Positions 19,817 to 28,295 of a DNA stretch of 64,000 nucleotides are shown here, one piece after another (within the stretch, counting starts at the first letter, position 1; each line of letters opens with the position of its first letter). Under the pieces are notes generated by a model, which had not been told where the DNA came from, ran no database searches, and saw only the letters and a program-made list of their open reading frames with translations. The translations under genes were made by a program, and so were the position numbers. Location: IMG/VR virus record IMGVR_UViG_3300021338_000003, positions 62,001-126,000 of that record; one strand, given 5' to 3'.

Positions 19817-20260
19817 ATGTCCCGTACCCTGAAGGTAGGCCGCATCATGACGCCTGGCCCCCGTATTCTCCCTTGCGTCAAGGCCGGAGAGCCTGACCTT
19901 GATCCTGAGGCTGCTGATCCTGAGGCTGCTGATCCTGAGGCTGCTGATCCTGAGGCTGCTGATCCTGAGGCTGCTGATCCTGAGGCTGCTGATCCTGAGG
20001 ACGAGGAGGACTCGGATGAGGAGGACTCGGATGAGGAGGACTCGGATGAGGAGGACGAGGAGGAGGACGAGGAGGAGGACGAGGAGGAGGACGAGGAGGA
20101 GGACGAGGAGGAGGACGATTTCAACATCGATACCCTCTCTAGTCTAGCCGATGAGAGCAATGGTAAGCCTCTCCGGGCCTACATGGTGAAGCACGGTCTC
20201 ATCGAAAAGGGTTCCAGCATCACCGACGCTCGTGAAGCCGCCAAGGAACTCCTCTCATGA
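19817..20260 (+). CDS. highly acidic low-complexity protein
   Basis: AAGGA RBS; (DPEAA)6-(DEEDS)3-(DEEE)5 tract followed by a short folded-looking C-terminus. Confidence 0.7.
   Translation: MSRTLKVGRIMTPGPRILPCVKAGEPDLDPEAADPEAADPEAADPEAADPEAADPEAADPEDEEDSDEEDSDEEDSDEEDEEEDEEEDEEEDEEEDEEEDDFNIDTLSSLADESNGKPLRAYMVKHGLIEKGSSITDAREAAKELLS
19901..20113 (+). repeat. compound coding tandem repeat
   Basis: GATCCTGAGGCTGCT x6 (19901-19990), GAYGAGGAGGACTCG x3 (20000-20044), GACGAGGAGGAG x5 (20054-20113). Confidence 0.95.
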
Positions 20261-20730
20261 GTGTTCTCCAACATCTGCGAAGGGTCCACCAACGACTTGA
20301 AGCCATTGTGGCCAAGTACACCGCGTGCTACCCTTCCATTGTTGGAAAGGCCGACACCAAACCCTACCCGAAGAGAAGTCCCATGAACGCTATTCAAAAA
20401 GCCATCCTTGCATCCACAGGCGATTCCTATCCCGACTTCGATAGAGTTGACGCCCGTTTTTTTGGTCATCTCGAAGTCGGCAATGTCTATGACATTGAGG
20501 ATGATACCACCGGGCCTCATGAATTCATCAACTGGGTTGACATCGATGGAAATACCACTTTCAGTGACGATCCTGAGGTGGTCTATTTGAAGTTTCACCC
20601 AGTCAACGATTCTCGCGGTCCCCGGTCTGAATGGATGGCATATTGGGATGAACTCGACAATCAATATGTTTTTGGAACTTCGGCCCAGCCACTGAACGTC
20701 CGCGAGTCGGCGGAAAATTACCAGCCATGA
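20257..20730 (+). CDS. hypothetical protein
   Basis: ATGA overlap; alternative start at 20383. Confidence 0.55.
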   Translation: MSVLQHLRRVHQRLEAIVAKYTACYPSIVGKADTKPYPKRSPMNAIQKAILASTGDSYPDFDRVDARFFGHLEVGNVYDIEDDTTGPHEFINWVDIDGNTTFSDDPEVVYLKFHPVNDSRGPRSEWMAYWDELDNQYVFGTSAQPLNVRESAENYQP

Positions 20731-21212
20731 ATCTTCGTATCAAAGCAATCACCGAGCAGTATGGGGTCGAGGGACACCCCCTCTCCGACCTTGTGGGCCT
20801 GCTTCATGCTCTTCGTCTCTTCTACTATTCGCTGCATTGGCAGTCTACCGAGTATGACAAGCACCTTCTCTTTCAGCGCCTATATGGGTGTTCGGATGAC
20901 TCGGCTGTGGACCTTGACGGAAATATTGATACTCTGGCCGAGAAGGTCATGTCCGACTTCAGTCCGAATATGGTCAATGAAATGGTCGTTGTGCAAGGGA
21001 TGTCCTCCTGGCTCTCAAAGTGGGCTACCGGAGAGGATAGTCTCCAGCGAGCCCTAGCGGCCGAGGACGATGTCCAGTCTGTCATCCGAACGGCCTACGA
21101 TTCCTTGAAGGCCGAGGGCACTCTCTCCCTTGGTATGGATGACTTTCTGATGGCTATGGCCAACGCCCATGAGAACCATCAGTATCTTCTTCGTCAATAC
21201 ATCCAGGGTTAA
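20727..21212 (+). CDS. Dps/ferritin-like protein
   Basis: HWQ...DKHLLFQRLY...IDTLAEK ferroxidase-type motif and C-terminal HENHQYLL; 161-aa four-helix size. Confidence 0.8.
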   Translation: MNLRIKAITEQYGVEGHPLSDLVGLLHALRLFYYSLHWQSTEYDKHLLFQRLYGCSDDSAVDLDGNIDTLAEKVMSDFSPNMVNEMVVVQGMSSWLSKWATGEDSLQRALAAEDDVQSVIRTAYDSLKAEGTLSLGMDDFLMAMANAHENHQYLLRQYIQG

Positions 21213-21217
21213 GCTCC

Positions 21218-21244
21218 GAGCCCGGTTCATTGCGATCCGGGCTC
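21218..21244 (+). terminator. stem-loop after the Dps gene (possible terminator)
   Basis: GAGCCCGG...CCGGGCTC 8-bp stem with only a weak U-tail; directly precedes a promoter. Confidence 0.35.
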
Positions 21245-21252
21245 ATCTGTAT

Positions 21253-21281
21253 TTGCGTTCTCCGACGTGCCGTGCTAAAAT
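21253..21281 (+). promoter_or_regulatory. sigma70-like promoter, TGCCRTGY family
   Basis: TTGCGT-17-TAAAAT with TGCCGTGC before the -10; GGAGG RBS and ATG 21299. Confidence 0.75.
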
Positions 21282-21298
21282 GGTTTCGGAGGTACGAA

Positions 21299-21808
21299 AT
21301 GGCAACCATCGAAATCCAGGTAGAGAAGGGCTGGAAGCTCACGGCTGACCAGCTCCCCGAGCATCCTCATATGAAGGCAGCGGTGGGGGCATTCCACCAG
21401 GCCATGGAGGCGTTCCATCACCCGGAGGTCATGTTTGGTGAGTACTACAACGCCCACTTTGACATCAAGAGGTTTGCTCGGGAAGCCTTCAACAAGTCCT
21501 GTCTCAAGAATGATGTCCCGATGTTCGTCATGGGCCAGGGAGACAAGCTGACGTTCCGCTATTTCCCGCAGCCAGACCCTGATCGCTTCTTCTTTCGGGA
21601 GGTGTTCAGCCATATGAACGGGGCGCCAGAAGTCGAGGTCCTGCCTCGCGGGGCAAACATCGACGACCCCGATGGTAGCCCGGATGCCGTTTTGGTTTTC
21701 GAATCGCGGGGCGACGGGTGGAGCATCGGGCTCCCAGGAGGGGAGATCTTTGACACTCTCGATGAGGCCAAGGGCCTAATTCGCAACATCATGGGAATTG
21801 AGCCATGA
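21299..21808 (+). CDS. hypothetical protein
   Basis: promoter plus GGAGG RBS. Confidence 0.7.
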   Translation: MATIEIQVEKGWKLTADQLPEHPHMKAAVGAFHQAMEAFHHPEVMFGEYYNAHFDIKRFAREAFNKSCLKNDVPMFVMGQGDKLTFRYFPQPDPDRFFFREVFSHMNGAPEVEVLPRGANIDDPDGSPDAVLVFESRGDGWSIGLPGGEIFDTLDEAKGLIRNIMGIEP

Positions 21809-22350
21809 ACTCCGAGATCAAGCAGAAGTGGATTGATGCTCTCCGATCTGGGAAGTACGTCCAAGGCGAGGGGTCCCTTCACGACGCCAAGATGACTGGC
21901 ATGCGACCGGACCAGAAGTGCTGTTGCGTGCTCGGAGTTCTCAACGACATCAGTGGACTTGGGGATTGGGAAGACAACACCTACTTCATCCGAGATATGG
22001 ACTTCGACCAGTACATCGATGTCTGGGCATGGGAGAACACTGTCAGGGACAGCGAGCACCTGTCTTCGAAGTACAAGGTTTCCAGCCACCCCGATGCCGG
22101 GCGCAACACGATGGCCCGGACGCCCACTCCGAAGGACGTGGAAGATGACCCCGTTGTCAAGGAAGCGTTCCTCAGCTGCTTCATGGGCGAGGAGGAGTGT
22201 CTACACAAAAAAGTCGCCAGGTGGGCCGGATTGGATGACCAGGCGGTCACCATCAAGTACAGGGGCAAGTACAAGACCCTCTACGAGCTGAATGACGAAG
22301 AACACCTGAGTTTCGAGGAACTCGCAACCATCATCGAAGAATCGTTGTAA
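21805..22350 (+). CDS. conserved phage hypothetical protein
   Basis: KWIDALRSGKYVQG...CCCVLGVL...LND...SFEELATIIE, a pattern recurrent in phage genomes. Confidence 0.75.
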   Translation: MNSEIKQKWIDALRSGKYVQGEGSLHDAKMTGMRPDQKCCCVLGVLNDISGLGDWEDNTYFIRDMDFDQYIDVWAWENTVRDSEHLSSKYKVSSHPDAGRNTMARTPTPKDVEDDPVVKEAFLSCFMGEEECLHKKVARWAGLDDQAVTIKYRGKYKTLYELNDEEHLSFEELATIIEESL

Positions 22351-22371
22351 GGGACGACAAGGAGGACCATT

Positions 22372-22743
22372 ATGGCAACCGTAACCAACACCCCCAATTT
22401 CACTCCCGTCCAGCTGGAGGCTCTGGGTCACATGTACTCCGGCGTTCGGGTGTCCTACAACTCCAACACCGGAATGGCTGCGGCCATCATCCACGCGAAG
22501 GATGGGGATGTGCCCATGCACAGCAAAACCCTCAACTCCCTCACCAAAAAGGGGATGGTCGAACAGGTGACCATTGGAAGTGACGAGCGCCTTGTCCTGA
22601 CCCGGGAGGGCATTCAGGTCTGCAAGACGCTGACCGCCACTCCGGAGGTGGAACCCAAGCCCGAGCCGGAGTCCAAGAAGAAGAAGGGCGTCGAGCATCG
22701 CTACCGGGGCCCTTCCTGGTTCCTGCTGGCCGAGATCGGCTGA
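22372..22743 (+). CDS. putative winged-helix DNA-binding protein
   Basis: TPVQLEAL...TLNSLTKKGMVE...LVLTREG matches the wHTH wing pattern; AGGAGG RBS. Confidence 0.5.
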   Translation: MATVTNTPNFTPVQLEALGHMYSGVRVSYNSNTGMAAAIIHAKDGDVPMHSKTLNSLTKKGMVEQVTIGSDERLVLTREGIQVCKTLTATPEVEPKPEPESKKKKGVEHRYRGPSWFLLAEIG

Positions 22744-22949
22744 TGATCAGTCTCGACCTTCTCAAGGCAGCCACCGATAGCCCATACTGTCCCGAGTGCG
22801 GTGAGGTGGCTGCCCAAGGCAGTGGTACCCATCACTTCTGCCCCAACCATGACGAGCCCGTCGACTTCGAGTGGGACCCGGAAACGGGCAATTACTTGAG
22901 GCCCAAAACGTTCGAGCCTGTCATCAATCCCAAAGATTCGGTGTTCTGA
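22743..22949 (+). CDS. small zinc-ribbon-like protein
   Basis: CPECG...HFCPNH. Confidence 0.5.
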   Translation: MISLDLLKAATDSPYCPECGEVAAQGSGTHHFCPNHDEPVDFEWDPETGNYLRPKTFEPVINPKDSVF

Positions 22950-23449
22950 TGTCTGAACTCAGTGAAGCGGATACGATTCTTCTCGAAGTTGCCAACAACG
23001 CCATGGAGCTTTTTTTGGACGGAAGTAACGGTGCCCCCGTTCATTTCACGGCAGGACGCCTTGAGGCCCAGCTAGGGGCTGCCAATTCCAAGAGAGCTGT
23101 CAGGCTTCTTGCTGTCCATCGGGAGAGTTGCACCCACTCCCTTCGGGCACGATGTGAGGGGTGCTACGATTTCACTCTGAACGTTGGTACCGTTCAGAGT
23201 CCTCGTCCCCTACCTGATTGGGGTATGTGCGAAGTGTGTGGGACCGAAATGGAATTCCACGAAGAGGATGTATTCGTGGACATCTGGGAGAACGATCCCA
23301 AGCGGGCGTATGTGCATCTTCGAGATGACGCGTCGAACCTTGCTCGAAAGCTTCGGGACCAAGGAATGGCTGATGTTGCAATCAAAGCTGAAGTCATCAG
23401 TGAAGAACTTCACCAATTGGCTTTTCCTGTAGAGGATACCAGTGTCTGA
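22949..23449 (+). CDS. hypothetical protein with CxxC pairs
   Basis: CEGC...CEVCG; TGATG coupling. Confidence 0.6.
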   Translation: MSELSEADTILLEVANNAMELFLDGSNGAPVHFTAGRLEAQLGAANSKRAVRLLAVHRESCTHSLRARCEGCYDFTLNVGTVQSPRPLPDWGMCEVCGTEMEFHEEDVFVDIWENDPKRAYVHLRDDASNLARKLRDQGMADVAIKAEVISEELHQLAFPVEDTSV

Positions 23450-23481
23450 CTACGATTTCACGACCCACGATCGATGGAAAG

Positions 23482-23784
23482 GTGGCTCGATGTGTGCCCC
23501 CGGAACCCGGTGTGGCAGAAATCAACATGGGGTCCCAGAAGCTCATAGACTATGCCCACAAGCTTGCCAAGCTTATCGACTGTGAACTCGATACTGAACA
23601 TGGGCCAGTCTGGGAGAGGGTCTGTGATTCGTATGGTCCTGGGTGGCTCTTGAACACTGACGCTGGCCAACTTCGTTTTGGGTCCCATGAAGATGACGAT
23701 TACGTCACCCTAGGCATTGGGCTCACAAGAGACCCCGTGACGGCCATGACAGTGGCTATTGACCACTGGAGTAACAAGAAATGA
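23482..23784 (+). CDS. hypothetical protein
   Basis: ORF in + strand run; start uncertain. Confidence 0.45.
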   Translation: MARCVPPEPGVAEINMGSQKLIDYAHKLAKLIDCELDTEHGPVWERVCDSYGPGWLLNTDAGQLRFGSHEDDDYVTLGIGLTRDPVTAMTVAIDHWSNKK

Positions 23785-24017
23785 GCGACGCCCGCATCTG
23801 CTGCTATTGTCACGCTATTGTCGAAGAGGAATTGCCCACCACCTGCAGTGGGTGCGGGTCCAAACTCACCGTTCCCTGGAGCATGGACCCCGACTCCGAG
23901 TCCTCGGACGTTGACCTTCGCACATTGATGCAGGCTGCCCAGTCCAACGGATATCGACTCAACATCCGATTTGTTGACGATGAAGAGGTCATTGAAGAAA
24001 TGGCCAAAGAGGAATGA
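23781..24017 (+). CDS. small zinc-ribbon protein
   Basis: CCYC...CSGCG. Confidence 0.55.
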   Translation: MSDARICCYCHAIVEEELPTTCSGCGSKLTVPWSMDPDSESSDVDLRTLMQAAQSNGYRLNIRFVDDEEVIEEMAKEE

Positions 24018-24021
24018 TGAA

Positions 24022-24690
24022 ATGAAATACGGAGGGCCCGGTTCGCGGCTAGACCAATCACAACTCAGATTCAATAAGACTCTGGATCAACTTGCACAAC
24101 ACCTCAAGGAAGAACGCAACATGACCGAGATGATGACCACCGAAGGACTGCGGGTTTGTTTCCGCAACCGCTTTTTCACCTTTATTGCCTCCTGCTCGGT
24201 GATCGAGGGTGTTCCCCAAACTTTGTGCCCCAATGAAATTGCCGTCATTGTTCAGGAAAAGTTGGACACCCATTACCAACGTTGTTTGGCACAGGGGGAG
24301 AACGACCTTTTCCGCAAAAAATCGACCCGGTTCTGGCTGGAGCTGGCCGCCCTGGTGGTTCAGAATTCCAAGTGGACCGAAACTCGAATGCGAGAGGCTG
24401 CCGATCTCTTCACCCAGAAGCGCATCGACTATGGCCACCAGAACATCACGTCCTTTGGGCAGGTGGGTATCTGCGTTCGGGCCACCGATAAGACCCACCG
24501 CATTTCCAACATCGTTGCCCGCGACGGGTATTCGGCCGTCGGAGAGGGCCTTGAGGATGCCCTCAGTGACATCGTCGGGTATTCGGCTGTGGCCTTCCTC
24601 TACCTCAATGACCAGATGAGCGATGAGAGCGTCCGCCAGGTGATGCGAAATATGGTCACCGGTGTCACCGGAGGTTCCAATGGAGAGTGA
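24022..24690 (+). CDS. nucleotide modification associated domain 1 (Nmad1/DUF1599-like; all-alpha MazG-like NTP pyrophosphatase fold)
   Basis: LFTQKRIDYG...GICVRATDKTHRISN...EGLEDALSDIVGYSAV matches the K..DYG / DK..R..N / E...D...D..GY signature. Confidence 0.7.
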   Translation: MKYGGPGSRLDQSQLRFNKTLDQLAQHLKEERNMTEMMTTEGLRVCFRNRFFTFIASCSVIEGVPQTLCPNEIAVIVQEKLDTHYQRCLAQGENDLFRKKSTRFWLELAALVVQNSKWTETRMREAADLFTQKRIDYGHQNITSFGQVGICVRATDKTHRISNIVARDGYSAVGEGLEDALSDIVGYSAVAFLYLNDQMSDESVRQVMRNMVTGVTGGSNGE

Positions 24691-25072
24691 TTTCGAACGG
24701 CTCTTGGACCGGATCAGTATGGAACTTTCCCTTCGTGCTGGAGGGTGTGGTCTCCACAACTCGATTCGTACTGTTGTCTCCGCCGAGGCAGATCGAGGTG
24801 ACTTTCACATAACCGTCTACCCAAGGAGGTCGCCATCGGACAACGAACCAGAGTGTGAATTCGTCTTTTTGGCAGGGAATGGTCCGCTCTCCCACCGATC
24901 CCGTCGGTGCCTGCCAAAGTGCTCTCTGGAGCTTCGGGAGGAATTCCTCAGTCGGAAGATTTGGGACCACGCCGCGATCCAAATCAATATGGAGTCCGAA
25001 AAGGAATCTGGGTTTCGTTCGCGGGTTCAAGCCCTTCTTCAGAGCCGACCAATCTTGGAGTCCAAGTCATGA
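24680..25072 (+). CDS. hypothetical protein
   Basis: GGAGG RBS before ATG 24680. Confidence 0.55.
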   Translation: MESDFERLLDRISMELSLRAGGCGLHNSIRTVVSAEADRGDFHITVYPRRSPSDNEPECEFVFLAGNGPLSHRSRRCLPKCSLELREEFLSRKIWDHAAIQINMESEKESGFRSRVQALLQSRPILESKS

Positions 25073-25455
25073 ATCGAGAAGAACTCATCAAGGTACTTGT
25101 AGCGTATATCTCCTCGGATCCGAGCGTAGTACCTGACGTGCTGAATGCCGTCAGTGAAGGGATGGTCGCTTGGGGGAATAGGGTCAGGGCCAGCCTGGAC
25201 TCGGCGGCCGACTGGGGCATCTCGGCGGCCCTGAATATGCCTACTGACTCTCGATATTGGAACGTCAAGAAGCATGGTTCCACAGCCCGAATGGTGGCCG
25301 TGGGCTGGAACCTTGGACGTCGAAACAACCTCTCGCAGGAAGAAAAGGAACTCCTTGCTTTTGTCCGTAGGGCAGACCTGGATGACCCTGAAAGCGCATT
25401 GGGTCACTATCGAATTTTGGATGCTGAGCCCATGCCGCAGGAGATATCATCGTGA
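25069..25455 (+). CDS. hypothetical protein
   Basis: ATGA overlap within ORF 24907..25455. Confidence 0.55.
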   Translation: MNREELIKVLVAYISSDPSVVPDVLNAVSEGMVAWGNRVRASLDSAADWGISAALNMPTDSRYWNVKKHGSTARMVAVGWNLGRRNNLSQEEKELLAFVRRADLDDPESALGHYRILDAEPMPQEISS

Positions 25456-25814
25456 AGCGTTGGGAATACAAGGTTTTGGAAGGTGACCCCCTTCAGTATG
25501 AAGTTGACCTAGACTCAGAGGGGGCCCTAGGTTGGGAACTCGTTTCTATCCAAAGTAGACCCGATGGGTCTATAAGTTCTACCACCTTCAAACGTGAGGT
25601 GGTCGAGCCCACCGTAGACTTCCGGTTGTTGTTGATGAAATATGTAGCCCATGTGTCCGACCAAGAGGGTATCGACTTCATTAACCGTCTTAAGAATGAG
25701 TGCCCCTGGATGTCTGATCATGAATGGAAGGCTCTGGTTGAGGTGTCTGATGGGTACAGCAAGTATCTTAATACAAACAACCAGATCTATGACTTCACGG
25801 ACTACAAAGAGTGA
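25452..25814 (+). CDS. DUF4177-like N-terminal domain protein
   Basis: KRWEYKVL...LDSEGALGWELVSI...FKR. Confidence 0.65.
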   Translation: MKRWEYKVLEGDPLQYEVDLDSEGALGWELVSIQSRPDGSISSTTFKREVVEPTVDFRLLLMKYVAHVSDQEGIDFINRLKNECPWMSDHEWKALVEVSDGYSKYLNTNNQIYDFTDYKE

Positions 25815-25953
25815 TTGACCTTGAGTCTGAGGTCGTTCAGGGGTGGTTTGTAACATGGATAGACCTGTGCGGCATTTCTTTTGGTCTATTTGTGGCCCTA
25901 CCTTTGACTCTCTTCTTCTTGTGGGCTACTGATCCTGATAGAGGAGCCCAAAA

Positions 25954-26529
25954 GTGAGACTGATGGTGACCGGCCACCGGCCTGGAAGGGTCGGTCACCA
26001 CAATGAAGAGTGGGTCAGGTCTCGATTCAGGGTCATACTTCGTCGGGGCCTGAAGTTTTTTGGGCCTGACTTAAAGGCTGCATCAGGCATGGCCCTGGGA
26101 ACGGACCAGTGGTGGGCTGGTGAGGCCATTGAGTTAGGCATTCCAGTATGTGCTTACCTCCCACTGGAACCCAAGGGGTGGTCATCCTGGTGGTCGAAGT
26201 CCCAGGCCGCTCACTTTTTTGACCTCCTTGACGGGTGTTCGGAGGTCAAGCTTCTGCACGACGGTCATTGGACCTCGAATGCTGATAACATCCATTTCTT
26301 TAGACGCAATGTGACCATGTGCCAAGAATCGGATGACCAGGTGACGGTTTGGGATGGCCAACGGTCCGGTGGGACATGGCATGCTCTCAAATGGTGGCAT
26401 GAGAATATCAAAAGACGATACATCTGGGTGCATCCGGAAAAACGCTTCGTCCGATGGACGGAAACGATTCGGGCCGTGAAGAAGACGCCCCCTCTTCGCC
26501 CTGGCGTCCAATCCTTATTCGGTGATTGA
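25954..26529 (+). CDS. YspA-like SLOG family protein (DUF1273-like)
   Basis: VTGHRP, SGMALGTDQW, RRN..M and VWDG..SGGT motifs. Confidence 0.85.
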   Translation: MRLMVTGHRPGRVGHHNEEWVRSRFRVILRRGLKFFGPDLKAASGMALGTDQWWAGEAIELGIPVCAYLPLEPKGWSSWWSKSQAAHFFDLLDGCSEVKLLHDGHWTSNADNIHFFRRNVTMCQESDDQVTVWDGQRSGGTWHALKWWHENIKRRYIWVHPEKRFVRWTETIRAVKKTPPLRPGVQSLFGD

Positions 26530-26554
26530 CACCTTAGACGTGCCATGTTAAAAT
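26526..26554 (+). promoter_or_regulatory. sigma70-like promoter, TGCCRTGY family
   Basis: TTGACA-17-TAAAAT with TGCCATGT; GGAGG RBS, ATG 26571. Confidence 0.85.
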
Positions 26555-26570
26555 GGTAGTGGAGGTGTCA

Positions 26571-26867
26571 ATGATTTCCTTCATCCGAAGGCTCCTGAAT
26601 TGGGTCAGTGCTGAGCCCAAGAGGCTCAGCACGTTCTGGATTGATCTTCTGCCTGAAGAAGGAGGGGAAAGTACGCGCATTGTAATTGATGCTCGGTGCG
26701 TCAACATAGCATATATTCAACACCAAGAAAATGACCATGAGCAGCTTGCTGTGGTCATCGAAGCAGTCCATCGACCACGTGCGAATCTTTCGATTCGAGT
26801 TCCAAATGTGGAGGCAGGCATGAACCTCATCGACCGCATTATGGGTATCAAGGAGGAATACACATGA
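26571..26867 (+). CDS. hypothetical protein
   Basis: promoter plus RBS. Confidence 0.6.
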   Translation: MISFIRRLLNWVSAEPKRLSTFWIDLLPEEGGESTRIVIDARCVNIAYIQHQENDHEQLAVVIEAVHRPRANLSIRVPNVEAGMNLIDRIMGIKEEYT

Positions 26868-27037
26868 ACAAGTTCCTTTCCGAATTCGTCCGCAAGTACA
26901 GAAAGAAGCTGACTCATCGCTGGATAAGTGACGATTCCTTGGAAACCCAATTCATGGTCCCTCGTGAAGAACTCGTCCAACTTTTGGACGCCATCGAATC
27001 AATCGATACCACTACCGAACAGAAGGAGCAGCCATGA
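26864..27037 (+). CDS. small hypothetical protein (57 aa, MNKFLSEF...)
   Basis: ATGA overlaps at both ends; GGAGG RBS; below the ORF-track cutoff. Confidence 0.5.
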   Translation: MNKFLSEFVRKYRKKLTHRWISDDSLETQFMVPREELVQLLDAIESIDTTTEQKEQP

Positions 27038-27567
27038 ACGCCGGAACCGTGCTGAGTATGATGAACCAGGCCATCGAGGAGCGACCCAATCTTCGGTTGT
27101 ACACAGTCATCGTTCTGACCGAACGGTACCTCAAAGAGGGTGACCTGCACCGGGCCGTGCGCTGTGTCGAAACGGACCTGGACAAGCTCAGGTCCTATGA
27201 TGACACTCCCAAGTCGAAGGAGTTGTATGACTTCTTCATGATGGCCTCCGATTGCCTTCGGGCAGCTCGAATCATCCATGCTCAGAACCTGGAAACGAAT
27301 GTGCCCCGAGGTTCGATGACTGCGAAGACCATCATCTCGTATCTCGATCGGTTCGATCTAGAATCCGCGAAGGCGGTATACCGGAACGATGGAGACAAGG
27401 TATACCAATACCCAAAGCTCAAGACGGCCATCGAGTCTACGGTGATCGGGTGCCGAGATCATGGCATTTGTTGTTGCTATCATTGCAATTGGATGAAGGA
27501 AGGGGATGATCTGTCCCCTCCCTGGACACATGCTCACAATTCCTATCTTCCACCCAAGGGGAAGTAA
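27034..27567 (+). CDS. hypothetical protein with internal duplication and Cys-rich tail
   Basis: ETDLDKLRSY / RNDGDKVYQY repeat; CRDHGICCCYHC. Confidence 0.6.
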   Translation: MNAGTVLSMMNQAIEERPNLRLYTVIVLTERYLKEGDLHRAVRCVETDLDKLRSYDDTPKSKELYDFFMMASDCLRAARIIHAQNLETNVPRGSMTAKTIISYLDRFDLESAKAVYRNDGDKVYQYPKLKTAIESTVIGCRDHGICCCYHCNWMKEGDDLSPPWTHAHNSYLPPKGK

Positions 27568-27569
27568 CC

Positions 27570-27839
27570 ATGTACCGTCGTTTGGCCGTTGTTGTCTTTG
27601 TATCCCTGGTAATTGGGGTGATTCTTGCCAAAGGGTACAGAGCCATTCAGGATTACAAGGACTTGAATGCATGTAAGTCCGACTGTTCCGAACGTGATGG
27701 TTGGGTTGAGATGACCGTCTACCAATTCTATGAAGTAGAACCCTCCCATGTATTTCACCGCCCTGAAGCAGTGCTCCGTGATGACATTTGTTACTGCACC
27801 AATCTTTGGGGTGTTCAAGTTCGTGAGACCCCTCTGTAA
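27570..27839 (+). CDS. small membrane-anchored Cys-containing protein
   Basis: N-terminal hydrophobic helix, four Cys. Confidence 0.55.
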   Translation: MYRRLAVVVFVSLVIGVILAKGYRAIQDYKDLNACKSDCSERDGWVEMTVYQFYEVEPSHVFHRPEAVLRDDICYCTNLWGVQVRETPL

Positions 27840-27850
27840 TCACATCATAG

Positions 27851-27879
27851 TTGTATTCTAAGACTGTCCCCCATATACA
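27851..27879 (+). promoter_or_regulatory. sigma70-like promoter of the two-gene cassette
   Basis: TTGTAT-17-TATACA; GAGGAG RBS; ATG 27903. Confidence 0.5.
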
Positions 27880-27902
27880 AACGGCAGTCGAGGAGATATA
27901 CT

Positions 27903-28286
27903 ATGACGAAGTTTACTCGACGGGCTTTGTCCGTCGTAATGCTCGCCAGCGTACCGATGCTGCTCGCCGCAGAAGGCAGCAGCTGTACCCCATGCCCTAC
28001 GGGCACCTGGTGTGGGCCCCAGCTGGTCATCCCTGCCGAGTCGAAGTGCGGGGACGGCGCCACGGCCGAGCAGAACAACAAAGCGGACAAGACGTGCGAA
28101 GAGCAGCACGAGTGCCCCGAAGGGGAAGTCGGTTACTGCCCGCACGATCGCACCATGCCGAATGGCAAGGACGAGAATTGCTATACCTTCTGTGTCCAGT
28201 GCGCTTGCAAGCTCCAGGGCTTCACTGACCCGAGCCTCACCGACGACAAGTGGATCGAAACCATGTCTTCCCCGTCCACCTGGTAG
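27903..28286 (+). CDS. secreted cysteine-rich protein
   Basis: signal peptide MTKFTRRALSVVMLASVPMLLA; about ten Cys. Confidence 0.7.
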   Translation: MTKFTRRALSVVMLASVPMLLAAEGSSCTPCPTGTWCGPQLVIPAESKCGDGATAEQNNKADKTCEEQHECPEGEVGYCPHDRTMPNGKDENCYTFCVQCACKLQGFTDPSLTDDKWIETMSSPSTW

Positions 28287-28295
28287 GAGCAACCA

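Noticed and set aside
19901-20113. CRISPR array
   Set aside because: Head-to-tail 12-15 bp units with no spacers, in frame within a CDS
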